This document shows, piece after piece, positions 53,201 through 64,000 of a stretch of 64,000 nt of DNA. Every line of letters starts with the position of its first letter. Position 1 is the stretch's first letter. This DNA is from Mobula hypostoma (Eukaryota). A model generated the notes under the pieces. It made no database searches. It saw only the letters and a program-made list of their open reading frames with translations, and was not told the origin of the DNA. The position numbers and the translations under genes are program-made. The stretch covers positions 216,072,001 through 216,136,000 of the forward strand of contig NC_086097.1 of the NCBI RefSeq assembly GCF_963921235.1, given 5' to 3'.

Positions 53201-53800
53201 ATTTCCGGCCTCACTAGCACATGGCATGGGTAGCAATCCTGCGACCACAACCCTGGAGTTCCTGTCCTTTAACTTAGTACCTAATTCCCTGAACTCACCC
53301 TGCAGGACCTCATCACCCTTCCTATCCAAGTCACTGGTATCGACATGGACCGCAACCTCTAGTTGCTCACCCTCCTACTTAAGAATGCTGTCCACTCGAT
53401 CTAAGATGTCCCTGACCCCGGCACCCGGGAGGTAACAAACCATCCACAAATCTCATTCTCATCCACAGAACCTCCTTTCTGCTTTCCTAACCAATGAATC
53501 CCTTAACAGTCAGACTTGCCTTCGCTCTAGCCTTTCCTGCTGAGCCACAGATCCATACTCAGTGCCAGAGACGCTGTGACTTTCCTCTGCTAGGTACTTC
53601 CACCCCCATCCCACCAACAGCATCCAAAGCAGTATACCTGTTTTTGAGGACACAGGCACAGGCACTCCAACACTGCCCTCTCACTTTTTTTAAATTGATC
53701 CTTGCCAGTTGTCTAATTATGTCCAATCCAGAGTCTCCTCAAGTCTGCGGCATGCAGAATATGCCAGCTGCCCCCACTTGCTTCTTTTAATCCCTCTCTC
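50290..53800 (-). mobile_element. Old, nearly full-length CR1 including ORF1 esterase region
   Basis: ORF1-like EFRELGTKLKDRNSRVVVAGLLP (53069-53329); APE YDSVAISETWLQ (52778-53050); RT pieces; small Rex1-type tail inserted ~51100-51240. Confidence 0.85.
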
Positions 53801-55714
53801 TCCCCCCCCCTCCAAGCAATCTTTTATCTTGTTATCTCTACAATATTTAACTACACTCTTCCTACTTAGCCAGTATCACTTTTGTTAAGGATATTGAAAT
53901 CAGCAAAGAATTCACAATAACTCAAATGCTACTTCACATCCAGAGTTAGAATCAAATTAAGTTTTTGATCAGAAATAGCAAAAGTCATTGTTCACCAATA
54001 ATTCATACTTCATTCCCATAGTTAGGCAAATTTTAGTTCTTGCCTGATAAATAATGGTGCAGAACTTTTCCTGCAAGGCCTCAAACAACTATTTCACATG
54101 AACAATTTTAGAAAGGTTAGGAGTTTAAAAACACAACCTAGGAAGTGTATCCTAGCAACAGGGCTGACAAGTTGGAGAACGCATATTCAGCTCTCCACGT
54201 AAGGTCCTTAGTTAAATAAAATTGAGAATAGCTGATATGTGCTCAACTCTTAAATTCCTTCTGAAGTGGCCTAGCAAGCCACCCAGTTGTACATTACCAC
54301 TATATTCAAAGTTGGACAACAGCAGGTTCAGAAGGCATAAGGAGTGGCAACAGATGTCTATAATATCAGTGATGAGCTGATCTTGGAAAAAAATCTAAAT
54401 ATAAGAAATATCTTAAACTAATTGTGAATATGGGACCATTTTAATTCCCAGGTCACAGCTAGTTTTTATTGAAGGTATGATCTTCATCTCCAATTCAGTT
54501 GAATGTGATGATCAAATTAATTTCCTTTTTAGATTCACACAGACTTAGATTCATTTAATTATTTATCACATGCACATCAAGCACAGTTTGCCATTAATCT
54601 ATTAAGATATACATAGGACAGTACAGGCATTTCAGACCAAGATGTTTTGCTGACCTTTTAACCTACCCCAAAATCAATCTAACCCTTCCCTCTCAGATAA
54701 CCCTTCACTTTTCTTTCACCCACAAATATCTTACAGAAATTGATTTTTTTCTTTCAAAACTTAAATCTGCATTTCTTTAAAGTGATTCATGATTCGGGGA
54801 TGCCTGGGTGTGACTGGGCATGTTGATGATAAGTTGATAAATTACTGCACATCCGGACCCTATCCACTTTCCCAACCAGTCTGCAGCATTTAATCTTCTA
54901 AAACTATTCCAAAAATTGCATCTGATCCTTTATTCCAGTAGAATAAAGGTTGTCAGGCAACAGGACCGAAAATCAATATTAAAGCAACAGTCAGCCTCCA
55001 AGTCAATATGGGTCAAACGCTTTGAGATGTTTGCCTAATATGAGATATTATTTAATGCAAAGTATAAGATGCTCTTAACATTACAGCTGTCACATTAGCA
55101 TTAGATATTTTTCATTTCAGATTGTGAATAAATTGGAGCACAGAATGAAAATTCACAAATCTCTAGAGAAACTCAAAGCATCTTTGCTCATAGCTCTGTA
55201 TTAATACTGGCTCCAAATTTACAATTTGCTAATAAAAACAAAGCAGTTTGCATAAACATTACTCTGATATTAGAATCATTGCCAAAAATTAAACAAGAGG
55301 AAATATCTTCAGTACACATCAATAAACAAATAAAATTAAGTCACCAGCTAAAACAATCCATCTGGAATTCACATTCACAAAAAAATTAGTAAAACATATC
55401 ATCCTTGAAGAGAAATATATCACTTTCATTTTGACATTTCCCAGCATTAAGATCCCTAACCAAATAATTTAGTTTTCAAGGACATAATTTATTCCCTCTG
55501 AACTTTATTCCAGTTCTTCTTTTTAAATAATACAGCAAAAGATGACCCACATCCTAGAAGTTTAAAACTTAAAAATGATTGCCTGGCTTTATTTCAGTGA
55601 CAAATCACTGTTAATTCAGTTTTCTTCCTTAATCTCCCTGGAAAATGATACACACCAAAGTTCATTATCTACTGGAAACTCACCTTTCTGATTTGGGGCA
55701 AATGGAAAATATTA

Positions 55715-56300
55715 TTCTGGACACAGAGTTGTATGGCATATTAACACATCATTGCAGCCTCTCCGAACCATGCCAACTGCAACTACGTTAATCCCATTTG
55801 CCTGCCTTAGGCCCATATGCCTCTACTCTTAATCTATCCAAATACCCGTACTTTTTAAATACTGTAAATGTATCTGCAGCCTTCATTACCTTTGGGAGCT
55901 GGTTCCCTATAAACACCACCTTGTGTGTGAAAATCTTACCCCACCTTTAAATTTCTCCACTCTCAGTTTAAGACTATGCCCTCTAATTTTAGACTACCCC
56001 ACATTAAGAAAAAAAATCTACCTGCCCCCTGTATGTCCCTCTGTTTTATAAATCTCCAAGGCCATTCTTCAGCCTCTGACATTTCAGTGAGAATAAATCA
56101 AGTTTATCCAATCTCTCCTTACACATAAAGAACTCCATTCAAGGAAATAATCTTTACAGCACACTTTCTAATACCAATACACCTTTCCTGTAGTAAGATG
56201 ACCAGAAATCACATAATACTCCACAATACTTTGTGCAGCTGCAACATCTTGTCCCAGCTTTGGGCCCCAAAGTATGCTGAATGCTTTCTATACATCATAT
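55715..56300 (-). mobile_element. Highly decayed CR1 3' fragment
   Basis: caccaccttgtgtgtgaaaa, tgaccagaaatcacataatactcc. Confidence 0.6.
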
Positions 56301-56719
56301 CTACTTAACGCTGTTTCCTGAAAGCAGCAACAAGTTCTCACCCCAAGCTCACTACTGTGCAGGTTTACAATTTCAACAATTGTTACTTCATTAACATGGC
56401 AAAGAAGTCAACATATTGTAAAAACAGAAAAACGATAAAAACCAGTAGACCAATATTCTGAATATTGAATTATTCAGAACACCCAGCGTGTTTTCTACAC
56501 CACTAACCACGTTGCAAATTCCAAATATCAAAATGCTAACAATTTCCTTAACAATACTCAACAGGCAGTATAGATATGTATATATACTTATAACAAGAAT
56601 TTTGATTGTATTGGTATCCTGCTTATCAAACAGAAACAAAGCAACAGGATTTATACAATCTCTTTCATCGTTTGCAGCCAACGAAAACTTTAAATATGTA
56701 GTCAGTAGAGCAATGTTTA

Positions 56720-57815
56720 TAATTCCCCAAATTAGTGCTCCAGATTTCTGGTGAGGTCGTCCAACACAATGAATAAGTGGAAAAAAAGTTCCACGTGGAG
56801 CGTTCAGTCATAAACTGCGTTTTTTTTTCCGGCTCCAAACGCGTCTGGTCACAGCTACTGTACTCCATCCTACAGTAATCTACTTTCTACAATCATTTCA
56901 CGAATTCATGTTCCCAACCGCCGTAAAACTGAATTGAGAACCAAGTCTCCAAAGCAAACCTAAGTTTTCTCTCTCCATCAGAGAAGCGCATGAGACCGGC
57001 TGCAATTTCAGCACTCGGTGCCAATCACAGTTCACTTTTCATAGCCTGAAACTAACAGTTAAAGGAAAGAGCTCAGGACTTCATTATTGATCATGTCCCC
57101 AGCTATCAGCAGTCGAGTTCTCTCGCTCCCTGTGCTCTACACTTCTGGAGTTCGGTTTGGTTTCTATTAAAATATCAACAAGTATTTGATGCTGGGTAGA
57201 GCAGAGAGAGCGAGCTTACCGTTTCGCAGCCAGAAGCAGCACGTTGTCACTGGGCAAAGCGAACGAGTTATCACTATAATAAGACGATGATCCCTCACAC
57301 ACTATCTCTGCCGGGGAGAAAGAAGCCTTGCTAACTTTTCTGCGAGTTGCAAACCATGTGCTCGACCTATCATTGTGCGATTTTAGTTTACGATAAAACG
57401 AAAGCGGAATGTACTTGCAGACAGATGACAGTGAAGTTCGACTCACTTAACCTGGTGTTCATTCGAGTCCGGCGTTAACCCCTCGCAAACCCTTTGCTCC
57501 CGCGCTCTTACCTGCACCTCCTTCCTCTCAGGAATTTCACCAGGAGTAGAAGGGCAACTGCGAAGAGAACGCCGAACACCAGCGCCATTCCGTCACCAAC
57601 ACAGCCTCAACCAGTACCAACTCCTTCGTCAAACACAACGCTACAATTTCAGGAAGGTTCACCACCTCCCAGAGTACACGCATGCTCCCTGGTGCAACGG
57701 GCTACTCCACCGGGACACTCCAGGGAGGAGTCACGATTGTGATAGGGCGTACAAAGCAAGACAGCACATTTTGTGATTGAGCCCAACTAAATGCGATATC
57801 GATATCGATGGAAAT
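56720..57815 (-). promoter_or_regulatory. CpG-enriched promoter / first-exon region
   Basis: Visibly more CpG dinucleotides than the AT-rich flanks, no recognisable repeat, surrounds a start-codon exon. Confidence 0.6.
57512..57588 (-). CDS. First coding exon: N-terminal signal anchor, probably CYP7/CYP8-type cytochrome P450 (CYP7B1/PTGIS/CYP7A1-like)
   Basis: GGAATGG start context, in-frame TGA 7 codons upstream, MALVFGVLFAVALLLLVKFLRGRRC(R), CAG|GTAAGA donor in phase 2; family identity is less certain than the exon. Confidence 0.7.
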
Positions 57816-58469
57816 CAGATGCAATTACAGATACAAAGACTGGTAGAGACTGAGATGTTCTGAAGGACTGGTACAGAGGAATGAGCCATCTCGAAGGATT
57901 GGGACATTGTGGTAACTAGAAGCTGCTGCACAATGGGTATACTGAGGTACATTGACATAGGAATCCAAAAAAAAGACCAGTACAGAAAAGAGGGGAATCT
58001 TGAATGACCAGTAGAGAGGAGAAGGGAACGAGTGTCTGATCAATGACTTGAGTTTATGGAGGAACTGATACAGGTTTGGGAATAATTCTGAAAGGCAGCA
58101 TGGAGGAGTGAGGAATGCCAAAAGAAACAGTGAGGGATCCTGAAGGACTGCACTAGAGAAATTGATGACACTGATTCTCATTAATAATAATTTGCCTTAA
58201 AGATTCTTCCATTTTCTCTGTGGTGATGCTTGCTGGAATGTGGAAGTTCTGCACTATTTGTAATTTTCTTAGGGAAGTCACTGACACAGGAAATTTGCAT
58301 GCTGCACAGTTAGCAGCAATTTATTAAGAAATATTTTTATCCTTCATATCAACTTGTAAAAGTGTATTGCTGAACACAAGGGTAGGTTTCGGCTAATGTT
58401 GCTTTGAACAATTCAGTGAGATTATACCTTTTCCCATTCTGTTGCCTGTAAAATTGCTATTCCCTATTC

Positions 58470-59535
58470 TCACTTCATTCACTTCCTACGATATGGCCTT
58501 TCTTTCCAGGACATAATGATATCTTCCTTTTTAAAAGAATGGCATTTCCCTTCCTCCATGATTGGTGCTGTCCTCAACCGCAGCTCCTCCATTTTCTGAA
58601 ATCTGCGCTCACCCCATCCTGTCAACACCTTAACAGTGAGAGAGGTCTTCTCTTCCCTACCTACCACCCCGTGAGCCTCCACATCCAACACATCATCCTC
58701 TGCAAGTTCTGCCAAAGAGTCTCCAAAGGGATCCTACTATGAAACACATCTTTATCTCCCCTTCTCCACTTTCCACAGGGATCACTCCCACCCTGCTTTG
58801 CTTGTCCATTTGTCCCTCGCCATTAATCTCCCTCCTGGCACCTATCCCTGCAGCAGCCCAAGCGTTACACTTGCCCATTCAACTCCATTTAGGGCCCCAA
58901 ATAGTCCTTCCAGGTGAGGCAACATTTCACCTGCAAATCTGCTGGGGTCATCTATTGTGTCAGGTGCTCCCGGTGCAGCCTCCTCCAAGTTGGTGAGACT
59001 CATCATTAATTGGGAGAACCACTTTGTCCAACTCCTCTACTCCAACCACTAAAAGCGGAACTTCCTGATAGTCAAACATATTCCGATACCCATTCCCATT
59101 CTAACAAGTTGGTCCATGGCCTCCTCTTGTGTCAAGGTGAAGCTGCGCTCAGGATGGAGGACCAACTTATATTCTGTCTGAGTAGCCTCCAACCAGGTGC
59201 CATGATTTCTCCTTCCTGTAAATAAATAAATATTTTCCCCTTCCCTTCTCCTCTTCTCCATTCTAGCCTTTTACCTCTTCTCTCTCCTATTATTTTCCCC
59301 TTGGTCCACTCTCCTCTCCTATCAGAGTCCTTCTTCTCTAGTCCTTTACCTTTCCCACCCACCTGGCTTCACCTATCACCTTCTAGCTATTCCCCTCCCC
59401 TTCCTCACATCTTTTTATTCTGGTGTCTTCCCCTTTCCAATTGAATCCTGAAGAAGGGTCTCAGCCCAAAACGTCAACTGTTTATTCACTTACATAGATG
59501 CTGCCTGACCTGTTGGATTCCCCCAGCTTTTTTTT
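58470..59535 (+). mobile_element. Old Penelope-like element with degenerate hammerhead at ~59443-59480
   Basis: Similar to 29700-30900; cctgaagaagggtctcagcccaaaacgtcaactg. Confidence 0.85.
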
Positions 59536-61079
59536 CGGTGTAAATTCAGTAAGATTCCTTTTTTCCAAATTATGTTTGCATTGTTAAAATTAGATGCTAC
59601 TGGAAAAAAATCCAAAGATAAATGCTAAATTACAATGGTTACAGCAAAATGAAAGCTAAATGAATGTAACAAAAGAAAATCAATAATATGATCTCAATCA
59701 TTACTGAAACAGGTTTTAAGTAGCATATTTAAAATACTAAGTGAATTTACAAAATCCCTGAAATGAATAAGGGAGAACAGATGAATTTTCTTTCTATTGT
59801 GATTGCGGAAAGAATCTTCTAGCTTAGTACATAGAACATAGGAGAATCCATAGACAACTGTGAGCATCCAATTTTCTGAGCACTAACTTAAACTGAATGT
59901 TCCATACTGAGCATGCCACCCTCTACACACATATTTCATGGCACATTTTCATTGTGTGCCATACTCAGGCATTTCAGTTATCTCAAAAAGACAAAAATTT
60001 GTCCTTCTTACACAGCGTGAGGTGCCCTTGGTTACTATATGGATTGCAAATTTTGCTGAGTCAATGATATGTATTTTAAGACTGAAGTAAATCAAATAAA
60101 TTTGAAACAAATTGGATTAAGACTGGCATGGCAGAATGTGTTACCTCTGAGCTGCTGCATATGTAGGCCACTGTGATCTATACTACCTTGAGCAGCATTC
60201 AAGCAGCCTGAGCTCAGAACTGATGACCTCCAGTCCCAAGATCTGGACACTGATGGATCAAGGAAGATGTTACCTTGACACAATTCAAAAAGGTAGTCAC
60301 ATATTTGAGACTAAATATGATAAAATTTGTTAGGGAATAGGTGTGACTACAGGGGAGGCACACATGGGATATTAGGAAGAGCACTGTGAAAGAGGAAACT
60401 GGTACATTGAGAAAGTTTTCATTGGCATAAGATGGACCATTGTCCTGTTAATTTTATAAAACTTTAAATAATAGAACAGAGGGTTAATTTAAGTAAAAAT
60501 TTAGAAAACGAAAGAGAAATGATGAGGCATTATTGCAGGACAGCAAAATAGGTATTGATAACCAGTGCGTAAAGAAGGAACAGACTACACAAACAACTAT
60601 AATGAAAGCTGAGAAGAGGGGTTACATCTCAATTCTGACAATCTTTTAGATAGAAGAAAAATGAGAATGACCTAAAAGTCATTCGGAGAGAGATATCTGC
60701 AAAGTCACCAAGGTTGGGAATTAAATGTTCCAGATGCTTAACTTCAGAAGAGTCAAGTAATGTGGAAAATGAGGATCAGCCCTGATAATAAACTATGCAG
60801 TAAAAGGCAGCAAAAACAAGCAGCTTGGTTTGGAAAAAAAACCAAGCCCAGAAATAGCAAAGGGCAAAAAGACATTGATGTGCATTGTCCACGTGCCCCT
60901 AGAAATAGTATGATTTTTTACAATCAAGAAATGAGAGGTGCATTAATAAAAGGCAATCATGGGTACTTAAAGAATAGGTAAATTAGCAGTAATGGTGTGG
61001 AGAATGAAATTGTGGAATATACAATAGATGGTTTCCTGGATCAGTTTGTATGAAACCGGCAAGATAGCAAGTTACGTTA

Positions 61080-61380
61080 GCTCTTCACTTAACTGTGGAA
61101 CATCTGGACAGCAAAGAATCATACATCAGGATGCTTTTTATAGACTACAACTCAGTATACGATACTATCATCCACTCAAAACTATTCAATAAGCTTCAAG
61201 ATCTTGGCCTTAATAACTCTTTGTGCAGTTAGATCCTTGATTTCCACACTTGCAGACTTCAGTCAGTTAGAATTGGCAACAAAATCTCCTCCACAATTTC
61301 GACCAGCACAGAACACAAATCTCAGGGTTGTATATGGTGACATACATGTACTTTGATAATAAATTTACTTTGAACTTTGA
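61080..61380 (+). mobile_element. Internally deleted Rex1-type fragment
   Basis: IRMLFIDYNS-like coding then gataataaatttactttgaactttga tail. Confidence 0.65.
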
Positions 61381-61477
61381 TCCCGTATTCTGCAATGAGA
61401 AAATGCTAATTTTCTGGTAGTTAAGCAGTTTTCGTAGAATAATGAAAAATATTTGAATATATGAAAATTAAAGTTTA

Positions 61478-62020
61478 CATGTTGAAGTTGTACAAGATGT
61501 TGGTGAGGTCTAATTTGGAGTACTGTGTGCAGTTCTGGTCACATACCTACGGGAAAGATATAAATAAGGTTGAAAGAGCACAGAGAAAATTTACAAGGAT
61601 GTGGGTCTGGAGAATCAGAGTTATAAGGAAAGATTAAATAGGTTAGGGATGTATTCCTTAGAACATAGAGGATTGAGAGGAGATTTCATAGAGGTGTGCA
61701 AAATTATGAGGAGCATACATAGCATAAATGCAAGCAGTCTTTTTTCACTGAGGTTGGGTGGGACTACAACCAGAGGCCATGGGTTAAAGGTGAAAGGTGA
61801 AAAGTTTAAGGGGAACTTGAGGGGAAATGTCTTCACTCAGAGAGTCATGTGAGTGTGAAACGAGTTGCCAGCACAAATGGTGCAAACAAGCTCAACTTCA
61901 GTTTAAGGGAAGTTTGGATAGCTACATAGATGGTAGGGGTATGGACAGCCAGTTTAAATGGTTTCCTCATGGACTAGATGGGCCAAAGGACCCTTTTCAG
62001 TGGTGTACTTTTCTTTGACT
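61478..62020 (+). mobile_element. CR1 3' fragment inside an older decayed CR1 (~60120-62650)
   Basis: LEYCVQFWS codons; ORF 61601-61852. Confidence 0.85.
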
Positions 62021-63404
62021 CTAAAGATGATTTCATTCAATCTGCAACTAGTGTCTCAAATCTGAAGAAAGCAAACTATGAGCATTCAAGGCACAAGTTG
62101 ACAATGGCAAAAAAGAACAAACTACATTAAAAGGTATGACAGTGAACAAGCAATAGCCAACATTTAAAGATTTAATAATTTGCAACTAATACACATCCCT
62201 TTAAGAAAAAGCTCTTGGCTAAACATAGAAGTGAAAGATAGTAATAAATCAAATGTAAAGTTGTCAGAAGGTAATAAGCTCAAGGACTGCTGAGCATGAT
62301 CTGCAAAACATTTCTCTGCAGCTATTGGATGTAATTAGAATAGCTAACAGACAGGTTTCATTTCTTGCAAGGGAAATGAAAATGCAAACCTCGTTGTGAA
62401 AATTCAGTTACAGTATATTGTGCATTAGAGTCACCACATCTTAAGTATGGTGTAAAGTATTGGTTTCCTTTATTAAGTAAGAATGTAAAATGACAAAAAT
62501 TCTGAGAGTTGGTGGGTGGGGTTGTCTGGTGAGAAATGTTGAATAGATTATGTTTGTATCCCCTGGAGTTTGGAAGGAGGACTTCACTGAAACAAGAAAA
62601 GGGGCTGATGGAAAATACACTTCTTCATGTTCGATAATCTAGGACTAGGGCACTGTTCAAAAATAAATTGAAATCACTTGTCCTCTGCAATTTCCAAGAG
62701 GTTTTATTTTTGTCTTCTTCCATGATGATACACATTTATTTATCAACTTCCATTCCTTTGGAACCAGTATAGTCTGATTAAATAATGAAGTTTAAGGACT
62801 GAGAATGTAAAAGGAATATTGAGACAGTGGGAACAGCAGGAACAGATGAATTAGCCAAATGAAGTATAGAAAGAGAAAAAGGAAAAAACATTATTGCTTC
62901 AAGAAATGAGACTTAAGATAAAACATACAGTTTCATGCCCAGAGTGATTAACAATCACAATGTTCATCAGATCCAATCTCAGTGAAGACTTGTTATGTGG
63001 GGGATTAGTTTACTTGTCAGTCAAAAGCCGCTTCTACTGTGCCGGTCAACAATTGATTGCCTGTGTGCCACGGCACCAGTGCCCAGTTTCAGATGCCTGA
63101 GCGCTATAAGAATAGCACGTGCTTGTAGTCAAAACTGTCCAACGTTTCACCGGCACCAGCCTACCACCCATCAAGGGCATATACACAGAAAGGTGTTGGA
63201 ATAAGGCCAGTAACATCATGAAATAACCCACCCACTCTACTCAAAAACTGTCTGTCCCACTCCCAAAAGGGAGGAGGCTACATTACACCCACACCTGGAC
63301 CACCAGACTCAAAAACAGTTGCTTTCCCGAAGTGGTCAGGCTGATCAACACCTCCCCACACTAACCCTTTAACATTTCCTGTCAAAGTCACCTTGTGTAC
63401 ATAC

Positions 63405-63592
63405 AACAGGAATTCTGCAGATGCTGGAAATTCAAGCAACATACATCAAAGTTGCTGGTGAACGCAGCAGGCCAAGCAGCATCTATAGGAAGAGGTGTAG
63501 TCGACGTTTCAGGCCGAGACCCTTCATCAGGACTAACTGAAGGAAGAGTGAGTAAGGGATTTGAAAGCTGGAGGGGGAGGGGGAGATGCAAA
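63405..63592 (-). mobile_element. Short Penelope terminus inserted in a Rex1-type 3' fragment (~63140-63690)
   Basis: Nearly identical to 39030-39188; ATACA on both sides. Confidence 0.85.
63498..63535 (-). ncRNA. Minimal type-I hammerhead ribozyme motif (best-preserved copy)
   Basis: Minus strand tagtc-CTGATGA-agg gtctcgg cct-GAAA-cg-TC-gacta; perfect 5-bp helix I. Confidence 0.8.
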
Positions 63593-63910
63593 ATACACTC
63601 CTGTGCCTAGTATCGCAATATATGTAGTCAAGCTATCTTAAGTATTTATATTTATTGTCGTTTTTTGTGGTTTTATCTTCTGCATAGTGAGGTGGAGATA
63701 CATCTCTACCACATAAGATGGAAGGTGCTCCTTCCCTCTGCTAGCCTTGGGAAAGGTATAACGCCTAGTTATGCGACCACTGCTGCCAGGCAGACAATCT
63801 CTGAAGGGTATTGATAATGACTCAGGTCACCTGTCCTGCAAATCCACTGCCCTGAAGAAGGCAATGGCAAGCCACTTTGGTAGAAAAATTTGCTAAGAAC
63901 AATCATGGTT

Positions 63911-64000
63911 ATTTTAGATTTTAGATTTAGATTCAACTTTATTGTCGTTGTGCCGAGTACAGATACAAAGCCAATGAAATGCGTTTAGCATCTGATTATG
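63911..64000 (-). mobile_element. Rex1 3' tail, same family as 41460
   Basis: ttagattcaactttattgtc.ttgtgccgagtacagatacaaagccaatgaaatgc shared with 41475-41530. Confidence 0.85.

Noticed and set aside
56391..56754. Overlapping hydrophobic ORFs near the promoter
   Set aside because: AT-rich, no recognisable domain or convincing splice sites
1..64000. Prokaryotic-type systems (CRISPR, retron, operon)
   Set aside because: The sequence is vertebrate-like; all RTs are LINE or Penelope type and no spaced repeat arrays were seen

Overview
Eukaryotic, repeat-dominated vertebrate DNA. The repeat families (HE1/V-SINE-like, many CR1 LINEs with octamer tails, Rex1/Babar, Penelope-like) suggest a cartilaginous fish, probably a ray; this is an inference. 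Almost all long ORFs come from transposons: CR1, RTE, L1, Rex1, Penelope GIY-YIG, hAT and Chapaev3-like elements, plus a solo LTR and Harbinger and Tc1/pogo MITEs, often nested. The only convincing host coding feature is a minus-strand first coding exon at 57512-57588 (MALVFGVLFAVALLLLVKFLRGRRC + phase-2 GTAAG donor) in a CpG-richer region. It looks like the signal-anchor exon 1 of a CYP7/CYP8-type P450 (CYP7B1, PTGIS or CYP7A1), so 1-57511 would be one very long intron. Most interesting: (i) about ten minimal type-I hammerhead ribozyme motifs carried by Penelope termini and by very short TSD-flanked derivatives; (ii) a young CR1 whose 3' end is duplicated in inverted orientation into a perfect 114-bp hairpin; (iii) an unexplained hairpin with ~60-bp arms at 35.5 kb; (iv) TE-poor, TAAT-rich islands that may be conserved enhancers. 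Family names are from recalled motifs, not database searches, and boundaries of old elements are approximate.
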